From NCBI GenBank assembly GCA_964187785.1, contig OZ076409.1:12030001-12094000 (forward strand): 64,000 nucleotides of DNA, in the 5' to 3' direction. Made by a program: the position numbers and the translations under genes. This DNA is from Amphiscolops sp. MND2022 (taxonomy: Eukaryota). Positions 1 to 14,527 of the stretch are shown here, piece after piece. Under the pieces are notes generated by a model. The model worked only from the letters and a program-made list of their open reading frames with translations. It did no database searches and was not told the origin of the DNA. Positions within the stretch are counted from its first letter, which is position 1. Every line of letters begins with the position of its first letter.

Positions 1-317
1 TAGTGCCAATGTTTTTTTAAAGTGGTTATGTAAACTAGCTCTGCCACAGAAAATCATGGCAAAAATTGCTGTCAACCTTCGATGCATGTGAAAAGTTTTA
101 GCAGTTTGAACTAGGGTATATTACTGATGCCATCCAAATTTAATATTTCAATGTCTATCAAAAAGTCAGCAGACATGAATATTTTCAATATTAAAACTAG
201 GCTTTGTAATAACGTTTATCTAAATCGTTCACATGGCCAAACACTGGCAGCAAAAGAACTAACTGATTTTGTTTTAATCGTATATCAAAACAATCGACGC
301 CTGTTTAAAAAAATACT

Positions 318-707
318 TCAATCGCAATCTTGTGAAAAAGACAATAAGAAACACGGCCGTAACATTCCTCTCCACTCCTTGTCTTTGACAAACTTTTTCT
401 GGGTCATCCAACCTACGGTGCTTGCTGGTCCAAAATGTCTCACTTCAAAGTAAGAAAGGTCGCCTTCTGATAAACTGGGTTTCTGTCCCTGCCTAGAAAA
501 ATTAACATCAAAGAGAACTCTGCAAGCTTCATTGTTCTGATGATCAAATGTAATGATTGAATTTCTTGGACATAACTTGACTCGGGTCCCGAATGTCATT
601 ACACGAAGTGGCCCGGCTTCAAAAAGTGAGTTTCCAAGAAGACCATAAAAGTCGGATAAGGAATATTTTTCAGCATCAATTTTTGAAGAACTAGGTTTAG
701 AGCCCAT
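318..707 (-). CDS. Probable first coding exon (or short gene) of an N-myristoylated protein; weak SPRY/B30.2-like motif
   Basis: True ATG at 707. N-terminus MGSKPSS fits the MGxxxS myristoylation consensus. YFEV...VGW motif is reminiscent of SPRY. TATA-like TATAAA on the minus strand at about 831-836. The 3' end or splice donor is not resolved. Confidence 0.45.
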   Translation of the reverse strand: MGSKPSSSKIDAEKYSLSDFYGLLGNSLFEAGPLRVMTFGTRVKLCPRNSIITFDHQNNEACRVLFDVNFSRQGQKPSLSEGDLSYFEVRHFGPASTVGWMTQKKFVKDKEWRGMLRPCFLLSFSQDCD

Positions 708-2282
708 AACTGCTACTGCTGATTGGGGGAAACTGCTAATTTAACAAGGAACAACTAAGATATGGTGGTATTAGAACAACTGAGAAACAGCAGTAATAAG
801 TTGAACTTTTTCAAAATAAAATGAACTTGTATTTATAAAATAAATTATCCTTGTGTAGTTTTTGAAAGCATTCAAAAGATAGAAAAACGTCTTGAAGAAT
901 CTTCAGAGATAAGTTTATTTTAGGAGTTTTGCCAGACAGCTGGAAGGTTAGAGCAGTATTTAACCAGAATTTTTTGGAACTTTTGCCATTTCATAAAATT
1001 TACTCACTTTTTTTGACCCTTTAAAATGATTCATTGTGAGCAAAAAAATATTTCATTGCTGCTGTGAAAAAGCTGCTTGTTTTAAATTTAAGTCCTCCTT
1101 GTCCGATGAGTTATTTCAACGTTTCTATTTCGTAGGTTTGGCTTTGAAATGCTATTCGTTATACAACAAAAAATGCAAACGAGTATATTCTACTTAAAAC
1201 CAGTTGCCTTTCGTTTACTATTAGATAAAAAGAAAGTTGTCATCATTTAACATCCTATTTGAACGACGTTTAAGAGTATATAGTTTGAGCTATACATGTA
1301 TTAGGTCTTACCAAAAAACCAAATAGTTCAGAGATTCTTCTAATTACAACATTATAAAGAGCGTTTATTGTCACAGAACTTGAAATCTTGAGAAAATGCG
1401 CTGGGGTATTTTGTATTTTACGTAAAGTACTTGTTACAAGTGACCTGAGATCGAAGAAAACTTTTGAAATTTCGATGAAAGTTTGCCCATTTCTATTTAT
1501 ACATTCATTGTGTGTGATAAAACATATATAAACATGTTCTATAACAACGAGAAATGGCTACATCCCCGACGATAATATGAATTGTCTACAATATTCTCTG
1601 CTAATTTCGTTTGAGTAATTATTGAGTTCATCCATGCCAGAAAAAAAATGCGAAAACGACAAAAATACTTTCACGGAATGAATTTGTTTTCTTGAGATTA
1701 ACTATCGATGGAGTAAAATTTTGAAAAAAAAGTCCGGAAAAAAGTTACTGTGCCCATTTTGAAACGATTGAATACAATCAGTTGAGTTTTTTTGTGGATA
1801 ATTGTTGTGAAGCGGATTAAAAATCCAGACAAATTTCGCGACCGGTGATGAAAGCTACTATACCTTGTCAGTCAGTGAATATGCCTCAAAAGCACTTAAC
1901 AGTCCAACATTTAACACTGAGAATTTTTGCATTTAATAAAAAACTATTCTTAGCAAAAACATCCGAAAACCAAAGGAGGACTTTTTGGTAGAATAAAAAA
2001 CTTTTGGAAAAAAAGGTCGAACTGGGCCAAAAAATCTTAGTCTCCCAGTTTTGTCATTTGATTTGAAATCTAAAAACAACGGAAGTAAGCAGGAATCGAA
2101 CTTTGTCTTCCTGCTCCGGAAGTCAACGCTGTAATGATTAGACCAGTTGCTATATAGGCCGCTCTTTCCGTTTTTCTCAGATTCGTTTGTCTTGAAATTT
2201 TGAAAAGGAAGACTGTATTAGTCTTACAACTCGGTCTCCGCTGGAAGCACCGACTGAAAACGACGAGCCGATACGTTTCTAC

Positions 2283-2802
2283 TTTTTAGTCGGCGCTTTT
2301 TGAAGTACAAAAGATTCCGATTCTTATAAAGGCAAGCTTTTTCTTGTCAAAGTCAACACTCAAAGATTCAGTGCATTTAATCATTGTGAAGTCAGACTAA
2401 ATTTTATTTAGGACCATAGAAACAACAAGGCTATAAAGCAGCAAACAGTCACTCATTGATGTTTTTCGGCAATGTGTGACTTTTCTCGAAAAAAATTTTT
2501 TTACCATATGGTCCCCTCCGGCTTTTGCGCAATTTCAACTTCGGGTACCGTCTGTTCAGTTTTTTGGCACTGTGTGACTTTCTTCAGAAAAAATCTAATT
2601 TCGACAAGTTTTCTTTTCACCAAACTGGTTTTTATCGATGATTTCAATGAGAGAAAAGCGCTTTTCCAAGCTACAGGGTGCCCTTTTGAAATTTTTATCT
2701 CTGAAAGTTATGAGAATTTGCTTGAAACCACTGAGAGCATATTTGATAGTTTGCGTTTTTTAGTCTTGAACGGGCGGCAGTTTGAGAAGTTTCCGTCTTG
2801 TT
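2283..2802 (+). mobile_element. HINE (Helentron/DINE-1-like) family 1, diverged copy
   Basis: Starts TTTTTAGTCGGCGC and ends ...CCGTCTTGTT, like the other copies. Confidence 0.55.
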
Positions 2803-4037
2803 CATTCCTGCATTGATTGATTTTAAAAATTAAGAGTAAATCCTTCGAACATGCAAATGATTTTCAACGTGAACAACCATGTCTGTTGACGTTTAGGCTC
2901 AATCAAACCACGGGAACTGACACTTTTATGTTTATGAAAGAGAAAACGAAACAAAATAACGTTTGCTTGAAAACAAAGCAACATCGGGCATACCATAACA
3001 TACAAAACAAAATGGAATCTGAAAGGCTTTCGGTTTTTGAGTTCAAGCATCCTGTGTGCGGGAAAACAATTGTTATTTTCGTTTTTTAAGAACCGAAAAA
3101 CTTTAGAACTTGTGTCACTTCACTTCAATTCAAATACAGCTTGGCTTAGAGGTTAAAGCGGATTTCCTGGCCTGGTGATGAGGTCTGAGCGGCAGGGATG
3201 GGTCGGAGTCACGAACTGAACCAAATATTTTTATGCTTGCAAAGATAGAGGACCCCCCCTCCTTCCTTGGATTTTTCCAGCAAAAACCCCTTTGATTTTT
3301 AGCAAGAACAAAGCGTTTTGTGCGCATAGAGCCCCCTTAAGGTTTTTTGGCACTGTGCGAATTACGCGCGTTGCCGTAGAAGCTTTTTTGAAAACTCTTT
3401 TTCATACAATTTCTCATTTTTCTATTAAGGAAAACCGATTCACGAGTCTTGAGGGTGAAGTCTTTGGTTGAAGGTGGCCTCTCTGGTTTTGATGAGAGTT
3501 TGCTCGATAATTGTGAAGAAGGCCTTTTTCGGCTGTGTTTTTTACAATTTTTCTTTTGACTGGAGTTCCGCTGAATGTTTTCACGTTGGGAAATGTGTTT
3601 TTTGAGCCAAAGTGTCACACTTTTGGGTAGTTTTAGCTCCTTGTTACTTTTTTCCCACCAAATTTTTCGAAGAAAAAATCACAGTATCGAGTAAGTTACA
3701 TTTTCGGTTAAAAAGACATCTTTCCTTCATACTGAAAGGTCCTCCTTGAGTTCTGTTACAACACTCTACGGAAATTACCATAGTGCCACTGCGCATCTTG
3801 TTTCTTTTCCAGTCAGTTACTTATCAGTTTATGTGGAATTTAACCGAGTATGCATAAATCATCAGAGAAAAATCAGACATAAAAGGTTTTCATACTGATG
3901 TATCAAGCAAATGTTTAATTTAGTTGCTAAATGTTTTAACGCCTCAGTGAATGGAAGTTAGTTTGCATTCTGATCCTGGCACAATAACGGCCCAGTGGAG
4001 CATGGGAAACTTGATTATCTGTCGCTTCTAATCGAAA

Positions 4038-4563
4038 AACAAGCCGGGACGGCCCAAGTCGGCGCCATATCTAAGGCTCAATAAGACTCGAAAACCACTT
4101 TTTCTACAACTGGAGACAACAAAAGCTCTCAAAAAACTAAAAATTGAGAAAATTTTTTTTGAAGTCGCATAGTGCCAAAAAATGTAAAAGGGGGGACCCT
4201 TTGGGAATTTTTTGAACATCCCAACATTCTGTTGCAAAATATTTGAAAAAAAATTGATGGGGACCCTTTGGAGCAATAAAAAAAATTCGTGTGAAAAATG
4301 AGAAATTTGAACAATCTCACAGTGCTGAAAAAAGGGGAAAGTCTCATAGTGTCGAAAAAAGTGGAAAGGGGGAATGCTTTGGAATTCTGCTTTGGAATGG
4401 CTTTTTATCCCATGTTAGAGGCTTTGGATGCGTTGAAAATGAAGTACCAAGTACACATGGTAAAAGTGCATAATGCACAAAAACTGGACCGATCGCGTTG
4501 AACTGACGAAAAAAACTAGCCACTGTAAGAGTCGGGTTTTTCTTCAAAAACGCCGACTAAAAA
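4038..4563 (-). mobile_element. HINE family 1 copy
   Basis: AACAAGCCGGGACGGCCCAAGTCGGCGCC ... GAGTCGGGTTTTTC..AAAACGCCGACTAAAAA: both termini present in reverse orientation. Confidence 0.75.
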
Positions 4564-6208
4564 ATATTTAAAACAATTTTGGTGCTTTCGGTTATGATGT
4601 GCAGCTTGAAGTTTTTGTGAGGCAATTTTATGTAGAATTTGAAGTTTGTTCGAACTTAGCAACAACGTCGAGATTTTCTAATGAATATAAAGGCACAAAA
4701 CACAATGCTCAAACCTGTGGAAGAGAGTTTTGTTTGGGAGATTATTCGCTTATCGATTTGTTTCAAACTATCAGAACTTGTAAAATCAGTCCGTGTAAAA
4801 TCCGAACTTCAAAGCAGTGAATAATATGGGGTTCAATGAAACAAGAAAACAATCTTGTAGGGGCAAAAAATCTTTTAAAGTCTTGATAAAGAGATATTTT
4901 GGTAGTTTTTCTTTCGAATTCTTTTGGATCCCCCTTTGAAGTGCTAAAAAATTTTTATAGCATATATGAAAATGTATTTTCGTTCACTTTTATCGCCCAT
5001 GTCACATCCAACACCAAAACTACTATACAACTTTATAAGCTGTGTTGCAGCGAAAAAGATCTCCAACAACTGTACGTTTTTATGCGATTTAGCTTGAAAA
5101 GACAAAAATTCTTGCATCATTCATTACTATTTGATTTATTTTGCCGACCTTCTTTGTAAAATAGCTTTGATCGAAATTACTTCGTGAAAGTGAGGGATAC
5201 AGTAAGAAATATCTGATGCTCATGAGAAAAAGAAACAGAAAGAAGGAAATAACTGATGTTTCCTAACAAAAAAGCAAAAGCTGGTGGCAGTTTTATCCTT
5301 CTCGTGAATTGGGTAAAAGGGCCATTGATCCGGATGCAGATTCGGTTGAAGTTATATTACTCATTGAGGTAAATTTCGACTAGATTTTCAGGTAATAATA
5401 TCTGTAATGTAGGGGGTGAGTTGATTAGAAACAGTAGGCAATTAGCTCCAGAAAAAGTCTTTGCATATTGGAGCGAGGTTTTGGTCATCCTAACGTAAAT
5501 TTACCGTAATTAGTTGACTACGTCAAGCTATTTTTAGGATGTCTTAGGGTTGCTAACTGCTCGAGAAAATCGTCTTTTTTTTAAATGGAAATGTTTTTCC
5601 CCAGGTTTCTTGGGTCCTTTTTCACAAGTTGTGGTTGCACAAGGCAAAATTTAACTCATACGGTTCATAGATTAAGAAGAAAGTAGGGAAGAAACTACAC
5701 ATTTGGCGCGAGCAGAATGTTGATTGCCGATACAGCTACCCCTGGACAGTTCTTTTAGCAGATTATGAAATATTATTATAAATGATATGGATAGTGGGTC
5801 ACATGCAATTGAGTTTCTCTATTTTTATAAAAAGTGACGGAAAAGGGAAGTCTCGCCGAAAATAAAGAAATATTGTCGGGTTTCCATAATGAGAAGATTG
5901 GCTGACTTGATCTTTCTTCATGTTTAACATAGCTAAAAAAAATCGTGATTTCGAAACCGACTTCAAAAATTCTAAAACTTTTCACTGAGAAACGAAAGTT
6001 CATGAAAAAACACCCAATCACAAAATTTTTGTAAACAAGGAGAAAGTTTTGTTACTGCTTGGACTCAACCGTTCGAATGCATGTTTCCCATTGACAGGCC
6101 GAATTCTGATTCGGTTTTCAGTTTGATGTAGGAGATAGACTCGGCAATACTCAGTAAGTTAGATTATCTTTTTTTAATGAAGGACTCAGGTTAAGGGTGC
6201 GAATAACG

Positions 6209-6469
6209 TGGGCACAAACTGCGATCTGAGGAGTAGGATCGAAACGCACTTCTGTAACTAAGATCTAAAGAACTAAGATCTAAATGTCATTTTTCGTAAA
6301 TAAGATCTAGAGAATGCCAGCTCCCGAATAGTAACTAAAGTCTCAATTTTTGGATGTCATTCCGTTTTTTTAGCCGTTTTTCTCGTTTTTTAAATGTTGT
6401 TCCCGATTTGGAAATGATTTAAAGTTATAAAATGTGCCTCGGATTTGTCTCCATTTCCTCTAGTGCCCC
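6209..6469. repeat. Interspersed repeat with TAAGATCTA sub-repeats; second, internally deleted copy at about 55512-55703
   Basis: GATCGAAACGCACTTCTGTAACTAAGATCTAAAGAACT... and CCATTTCCTCTAGTGCCCC are shared between the two loci. Confidence 0.75.
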
Positions 6470-8395
6470 GCGGCTCCTTGGTGCCGCTCATGTTCCCATC
6501 TTGTCAAGCGAGGGCGAATAGTAGCAAAGACCTAGTGGGAACAGAGATCGCGAAGCGATCGTAGTGGGAGCTGGTCTTAGCGACAGTGAGGGCGAGCGTG
6601 CATACGCCGTATATGACACCACATTATTCAGTGACCGGGACTAACACCTAAGGAATAAGACCTGACATTTCAAAAGAAATAAGACCGAAGGGAATAAGAC
6701 CTAAAACCGAAAGGTAGTTGAATGAGACCTAAAAAAAGGGAATAAGACCTAAAACGATGTTTTTCTAGGGAAAAAACGTTTGATGCTAGAATTCATTACC
6801 AAATCTTCTGAAGAAAATCTCAGCAGATGGAATTGAGACAATCAACACAAACAACCGTTAAATAACAAATTTCACAATCATTAATTGCTTTCCCCCATAA
6901 CGGTTTCATAAAATCGTCAGATCTCAAATCATTTTACTTAAGTAGAAAATATAACCGTTCGTAAAGGCCTTACAATATTTTCAGGACTTTCCTCATCTAA
7001 AGCATCCGCAAGAAATGTTTTTTGTCCCCACAGGACTCTGAACTTACAAGTTTTCGATTCGGTCATTTTTTAAATGGAAATTCTTAACTAGATTCCCAAT
7101 TTTCAACAAGCGGATATTTTCAGCCTCAAATGAGAAATATTGAAACCGTAAATCCAACAGAAAGAAAAAATGCTCGTTTTTGACTTCAAACAACCGTAAT
7201 TCTAACGCCACGCAAGAGCAACGAAAACCAAGTTCTGAATCGGAAAATAAACTGAAGAAGTAACAGTCTTCTAGGACCAAAACAGAGTAAAAGGAGTTTT
7301 CTAATAGTGAAAACGGCGCTATGGTTACATGCAATCTTCGTACTGTTTCCGAATGGTTATGAATATCCATAGAGTTCAAAAGCACAGTTTTTGTCTACTT
7401 AGCTTGCTTTTGCATTGAAAAATTTGCATTTCCCAAAAAACCCTGAATGCAGCCAAATTTTTCGAATGTTTCATTAAATTTTTGTGCATTTTTCAGATGT
7501 TTCCGTGAAGTATTTTGACCAGGAGAGTTGAAAACAAAACATTTAGTTATCTAGCATTAGATAAATAAAAAGTTTTCTGAAAAATATTGAACAAAAAAGT
7601 CAACTTTTTTTTCATCTTTGGAGGAGCATGGGTTAGCGGTTAAAGACTTTGTTTTATATTGAGGCGGTATCAGGTTCCATTACCTCAACTCAACCTTGCT
7701 GGGCCTCGACCAAGCATTTGATCTCTAGCTTAGTGGTGTGACTATGATAAAAATACACCTTTGGAGAATCAAAAGTAAGAAGAGCTACGGCGAGCAGTCA
7801 GGACTTCGTGAGCTTGAGTTTTATGCATTTGGTGTAAAATTTGGATGCTTTGTAGGTATGAGATTCGAAAACAAACATTTGGCTCCTTAGCATACTCTTG
7901 AGTATACTAGAGAAATGATGTTGTCTTCAGATAACAACAAACTTTTAGCTACTTAGGATACTTTTGAGTTATTGCTTTCATATAAGGGATAGAATTAATC
8001 AACAAGTGTTGAAATTTGTGACTTATGCATTTTTTGTACAAATTTTGGATGTTCCCTAGTTAATAGTTCCCACAGAGCTCAACGACAAAATTGTTAGCTA
8101 TACAGCATATTTTTCATAGAACTTGGGGACACTGTATAAACTACGGACACTGTAGTTGAATAAGGAAAATGAATTCAATGTTGGCGAGATTCGGATACCA
8201 TTAACAGCCTGGCAGTATAAAAGACTAACCAGCTCAGCTAAAATCAATCGATGTTCCAATTAACAGAGCTGATTGAATAAAAACACCCATATTCGATAAA
8301 TGATTATCTTCAATTTGAAGAAAAAGGAAAACTCGTTGAGGCATTTTGTTTTATTTTCATCAGCGCATTGCTAATCTACGATTTTAATGTGCATT

Positions 8396-8409
8396 GTTGG
8401 TATAGTAAC
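8396..8409. promoter_or_regulatory. X-box (RFX)-like motif upstream of CDKL
   Basis: GTTGGTATAGTAAC, close to the GTTNCCATRGNAAC palindrome, about 135 bp upstream of the CDKL ATG. Confidence 0.4.
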
Positions 8410-8488
8410 AAGCATGGATTCTTTGCCATAGGTAGTCTCAAGAACGAAATGCGAGGCATCTTTGTTACAAACTATGCCCTTCAAATGA

Positions 8489-8758
<270 letters not shown>

Positions 8759-8761
8759 TAA

Positions 8762-8968
<207 letters not shown>

Positions 8969-8971
8969 TAG

Positions 8972-9044
8972 TGTGGCGGAGAATACCACAAAACGCATCA
9001 CTTACCAAACCTTACAGGCTGTCGCATTTTGTCATCAACACAAT
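8972..9044 (+). CDS. CDKL1: CDKL1/4-like kinase, coding exon 3
   Basis: tttttag|(G)VAENTTKRITYQTLQAVAFCHQHN|gtaagg; 73 nt, phase 2 to 0. Confidence 0.92.
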
Positions 9045-9114
9045 GTAAGGTTTTAGTATAAAGACTTTTTTCATTGTTTCGAGTTTTTTTTCAACCGTAT
9101 ATTGTTGTTTATAG

Positions 9115-9207
<93 letters not shown>

Positions 9208-9636
9208 TAGTATATTTTCACTGCAATTATAATAGAGCTTCATTCATTTCAAGATCTAGGCACATCAGGTATCGACCGAAAATTTTTCGACCGGCTCATA
9301 TTTACTCGACCTACAACTCACATTAACTAATCAAAAATGTTTTCCAAAAAAGGCAAAGTGTTCAATTTCGTCGAGACTTCTATACGCAGAAATACATGCA
9401 CATCTGTTGAAAAAAGTTGAATAATATTACGACGTAATCGCCGGATGACGTATTGTGGGATGTTTCAGCGATGGTAGATTGTATAGCCGAACTGTAATAA
9501 TGCAGAATGAATTTTTAGCAGAACCGAATTGAATTCTCAATTGTGATTGGTCGCTCCGTCCCACAGTGAGTTTCGAATGAGGAATGGGTCATGTAACTTT
9601 GCAACCGGTCAGAGTAAATGAAAACCTAGGTGGTAG

Positions 9637-9936
<300 letters not shown>

Positions 9937-10911
9937 TAGATATTTAGAAACTTCCATTTATGGTACTTTGAGTCATCAAATTAGCCATAGCCATCCCCGT
10001 TGAGTTACCTGAAGCAATAGGAAGGCAAAGATGACCAGTTGCTAGCTAACATGTCAACGTGTCTTTAGATTACAACTGATTTCACGATGGCGTCCATTCA
10101 ACTTAAAATTAGCCTTCTAATTTACGTCAGATCCGTGTGAAAATATATAGAGTTTAAAATTTTGCCCAACCCAGTTTTTAATTCTTTTAACGATAACTAT
10201 CATTCAATGTTGTTTAATTTTGATATGCGTATTTCAGTTTCTCCACTGAAAAAAAATCGAAATGCGAAAAGGGTATTTTTCTTAATTAAACAATACGCAC
10301 AAGCTGTGTCGATATATCATTGCGACTTCTATTTACAATTTCAACTTCTATATACTTTTTCAAAATTTTGTTTTCATTCTGAGTGAAAATTCTTTTTCGA
10401 AAGCTTCTGAAGATTTTGATTCGGACAGATGTAACTAGAGCAATAAAAATGACGAAATATTTTTTCACCTGGATATGCCTTTCAGTTTTTACTGCTAAAT
10501 TTTTTAAATAGAATTTTAAAACCTATTTTTCAAACTATTTCTCAGCAGAACTTGGCAGGCAACATGACAGCTTTTTAACGCTGGAATTGCAAAATGTGGT
10601 TGCTACTAATCAAGCATAAACGATCGACACTCGAAAAGTTTGTTTCTTTCGTGCAAGCTGTAGACTCCAAGAAGTCTATATATCTACATTACATGTATTT
10701 GTCTGAATGGTCTTATTGAAACTCGTTTACGACTATTTCAAGTCTTTCTGAAAAAGATTTTAGTACTTTCACTGCTGATCATGAAGTTGGTTTTTGTAGC
10801 TTTTTCTGTTCTAATCGATGCTTGAGAGTTTTGATATAAAACAATTCGATACTGGAATCCGAAATGTTCACTTTTAATCATGTGCTCTAATCATACTTTT
10901 TGTTTTCACAG

Positions 10912-11054
10912 GTGATTTGATTGACAGACACAAAACAATATTTTCCCAAAATCAGTATTTCAAAGGCCTCTCCATTCCCGAACCCGCCCAGAGAGAACCC
11001 TTGGAAGAAAAACTGCCCGGAATCGTCGGAAAACCTGCTATGGATTTTTTGAAG
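10912..11054 (+). CDS. CDKL1: CDKL1/4-like kinase, coding exon 6
   Basis: ttcacag|(G)DLIDRHKTIFSQNQYFKGLSIPEPAQREPLEEKLPGIVGKPAMDFLK|gtaacg; 143 nt, phase 1 to 0. Confidence 0.9.
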
Positions 11055-12074
11055 GTAACGACATTTTGCATTTAGAACTAAAACTGGTTTGAGACTTGGA
11101 AAATGCATTCAGAGCTAAAAGTCAGTTTCATTGTTCAAAATGCAACAATTTGGGAACCCGAAAATGGAAAACTTTTTTTCAGAAAGTTTCCTTTTTTTTC
11201 AAAATTCCATGAGCAACTACCCAATGTGAAAAATCTTGAAACCTTTGACAAGAATCTTGCATATTCTCGAAAACCTTATTAAGGACACAAAGAATATGTA
11301 CGATCTTGCCAAAAATTTCAATACAAACATTTTTTTTCCGACTGAATTGATATTTAAAACCACTGCTCACTGCTGAAATCTAGCAAAAACAAGTGCAGTA
11401 TAATATCTAAAATCGCTGCAGATTAGGATCCAAAATCATATTTCTGAGTCAGAAATTTTGACCAATTATGTACATCGACCGGCAAAGTCATTAAATTCGA
11501 TCAATGTCGTGAAAAGTGCAAACAACCAAAGTCGGCGCCCCGCTCACGGTTCAAAAAATGCAGTGTTTTGAATATGTGAAGGCGCACAGCATTGTGAAAA
11601 TAATTATCGAACTTACAGCACCAAAAAATACCCGAAGGGTTACCCATAAGACTCAAAAACCGCTTTTCCCCAACTGGAAACATCAAAACGAAAGTTTATT
11701 GTTTTGAAAATTTTTTTTCTTCGGGAAAAAGTCTCATAGTGCCGAAAAAGGAGCTTTAATTCCGCAAAACGCAATATTGCGTGCTGGGTCACCCGCGAGC
11801 GCTTTTTTTGAACCTTAACCTCCTCAGTAAAACGCACATGTAGTTCGGATATAACGTCAAAATTTCGAATATAGCGTGCTAGCTAGGCCAAATGGTCTTT
11901 ACCGTATGAATATTATTTGTTCCATCTGTTCCCCGTAAAAGTGGACTGATCAGAGCTACTGGTGAAAAACACTAGCCACTTTCCGAAAACGCTTACAGCA
12001 TTTTTAGAACAATTTTGCTCCTTTTTAGATTGCTCCGTTGATTTGTGGTTATATTATCGGTTTGGTTGTTTCAG

Positions 12075-12248
12075 AATTGCCTTTATCTGGACCCGATGAA
12101 ACGGATGACGTGTCAGCAGTTGCTGGAGCACCAATATTTTTCCAGTTATTGGGACGCAGCTGCCGGTTGTGGAAATTTAGATTATAATGAAAAGTCCAAA
12201 GAAAGGAAACGGAACAAAGACGCCAAGGACAAACGAAACGCTATCCAT
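12075..12248 (+). CDS. CDKL1: CDKL1/4-like kinase, coding exon 7 (end of kinase domain plus basic tail)
   Basis: tttcag|NCLYLDPMKRMTCQQLLEHQYF...KSKERKRNKDAKDKRNAIH|gtgagt; 174 nt, phase 0 to 0. Confidence 0.9.
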
Positions 12249-14527
12249 GTGAGTAATACCCCTTAAGCCCCCCTAGTAGTACATCCAAATACTATATTTC
12301 CAGTTTTAAGCACTTAAATACTCTTTGTGTTCTGGACGTTGCGGTGCAAAAATCAAAGTGAATTGTTTCAGACTTATCTCTTTAATTTGCCGGTACGGTA
12401 CTCAATGTATATTTAGATATGACGTCAGTAGTCCTAATGTCTTTTCGGTTTCAGAGAAGCCAAGAAACCAAAACTAACATGTGTTCCCCGTATAGTCTTA
12501 GGCACTACTATTCGACACCCTAATAATTTCCCTATATTAAGTCTAGTTATGACTCATCAGATATGTCGATATAACTTATACTGCTTTTAAATAGTAGAAT
12601 AGCAATTTTATTGTTTTGAATGTAGTTGCTGTAAAAATTCAACAAACTAGTGCTGTTTGAAATCAATGGGACTCTTCGTTTTTGACTAGGTTTATCAATC
12701 GATAACTACTTTAAGAAATTTTTCCAGAATTGTATTTTTTTTTCAAATTAAGTTTTCTTCATTCATTCGTGCAAACAATTATTTTTTCGTCCGCATGACT
12801 GCTCTGAAGTACAGTGTGTTCATCGGTATAGAGGGTGAGACGTTTTAGAAAATGTGCTCAGAGGAAAAACTGGTTAAGCATGGAAAAATTTCATTATATT
12901 ATGCTCATGAAGCAAAATTTGTGTCTATTTCTCCGAAGTTTTGCGATGAGATGTTTTCAAAATTTTGTTCCACGAGGAGAGTTTCATGAAAGTGCTTTTG
13001 TTTTGTGTTGCTGCACTAGGGCTTCCTTGCTGTGACCACTGAATTAGGTTTCACCAAAAACGCGCTTGTCGCTTCTCGCGCTCATGACTGGCCCGCTAAC
13101 GCTTAAGCGGCGCTTTTTGGAAGAAAACTTTGGCTGAGCGAATTTAAGTTTTCAAAAGCTACAATTTCTTTTGAAAGTTCGAAGTTTCCATTTCGAACTT
13201 TTGGAAATTTCGATGTGTTACTCTCTTTTCCCAACAAACTACCACCACAAGAGACAAATCTTCAACTGTACTGGCGTCGGGTGAAACGCCCGGTACAAAA
13301 AACTTGCCAGTGTAAGAGTTGGGCACTTTTTGTTACCAAAAAAGCTAAAATTTCCGACCAATCAGTAAGCGGAAATTTCAGTCGTCGCTTTCGCTGTCAG
13401 CGCCTATTCGGATATTACGTCGCTTTCGCTTCTTTTGCGCTTTCGCTTACAAGCGACCAAATTCACTGACTGTGACTACGTTTTAACATAACATTTTTAA
13501 CGTGCTCGTATAAAAGCACCATGTGAATAAATTGAAGAAGTTCGAAATTATTAATCAAAAACGTTTCCGGATTGTCTACTCTATCTGGCTCCAACTTTTT
13601 CCTTCTTGCTCTGGCTAGATTGACTGGCTGTCTGAGTTTGATTGATTGGATGATTGTGTCACACTGTCTGGAGAGCAGTCTGGCTGCCTTCGTTTGGCTC
13701 TTTCTTTTCAGCCTTCGTCCGGATCACTTTCTGTCACTTTCGCAAACTGGCAGGTGTTCCAGATATTCTGTCAACGTCCAATTCAGCACCTCGATTCTAA
13801 TGTCAAGCATCGCAATGGTTTTGAGGCATGACTCTCAACTTATCTCGAATCGTTTGTCAAACTGAAAAACTGCAAGACGTCATTTTAAAGCCAACTCTCG
13901 CTGTCATCTCTTGTTGATAGTGTTTAAAAGCGCTTCTACCATAAACATGGTCGCCTGTAATTATCATCAAGTATACAAACTGCTGTATTATATTGTACCT
14001 CAAGTTGTAGTAGTCGAGAAAACTGCAGACTCGAAGTTTTTCATGTGTGTGAATTAACTAACTCTGGTGTTGTTTTTCATTTTTATGACATGGTTTTGAT
14101 GAGCATGTGTTTCAAGTCACTAGACATCAAAGTTTTACTGTTCTTTATTCTGATATCAAAGTCTCACAGCCGAAAAAAATCAGTGAAGTTAGCATTTTTT
14201 GAGTTGAAGAATCTTTTATCTCAACAGAGATAGGCCAATTTCAAAGTCTAAAGAACGCCAATTTATAGTTTCAAAAAGCAGAATGGTAAAGAATCTGTTT
14301 CGAATTTCCTGCATGTTATACCCGAGTCTTGAGCATGTTAAAAGTTTTATTCTCTTCGCTGTCTTGAAAAATCAAAAGTTAAGGACATATCTGAAGTAAA
14401 AGTTTTTCAGCAGAATAGCAATTTTGAAATTAGTTGTTTAGCGATAAGCGAAAAAAAATTAGCGACGTCAAAACTTTGGTTTACAGCGACGTAAAATTTT
14501 TTGTAATTTTTCAAAAGTTCATATTAA

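Noticed and set aside
4028..4547. F/K-rich ORFs here and at about 21400-21820, 25900-26350, 34640-35250, 38470-39190 and 52060-52910
   Set aside because: All fall within HINE family 1 copies and translate the same non-coding internal repeats.
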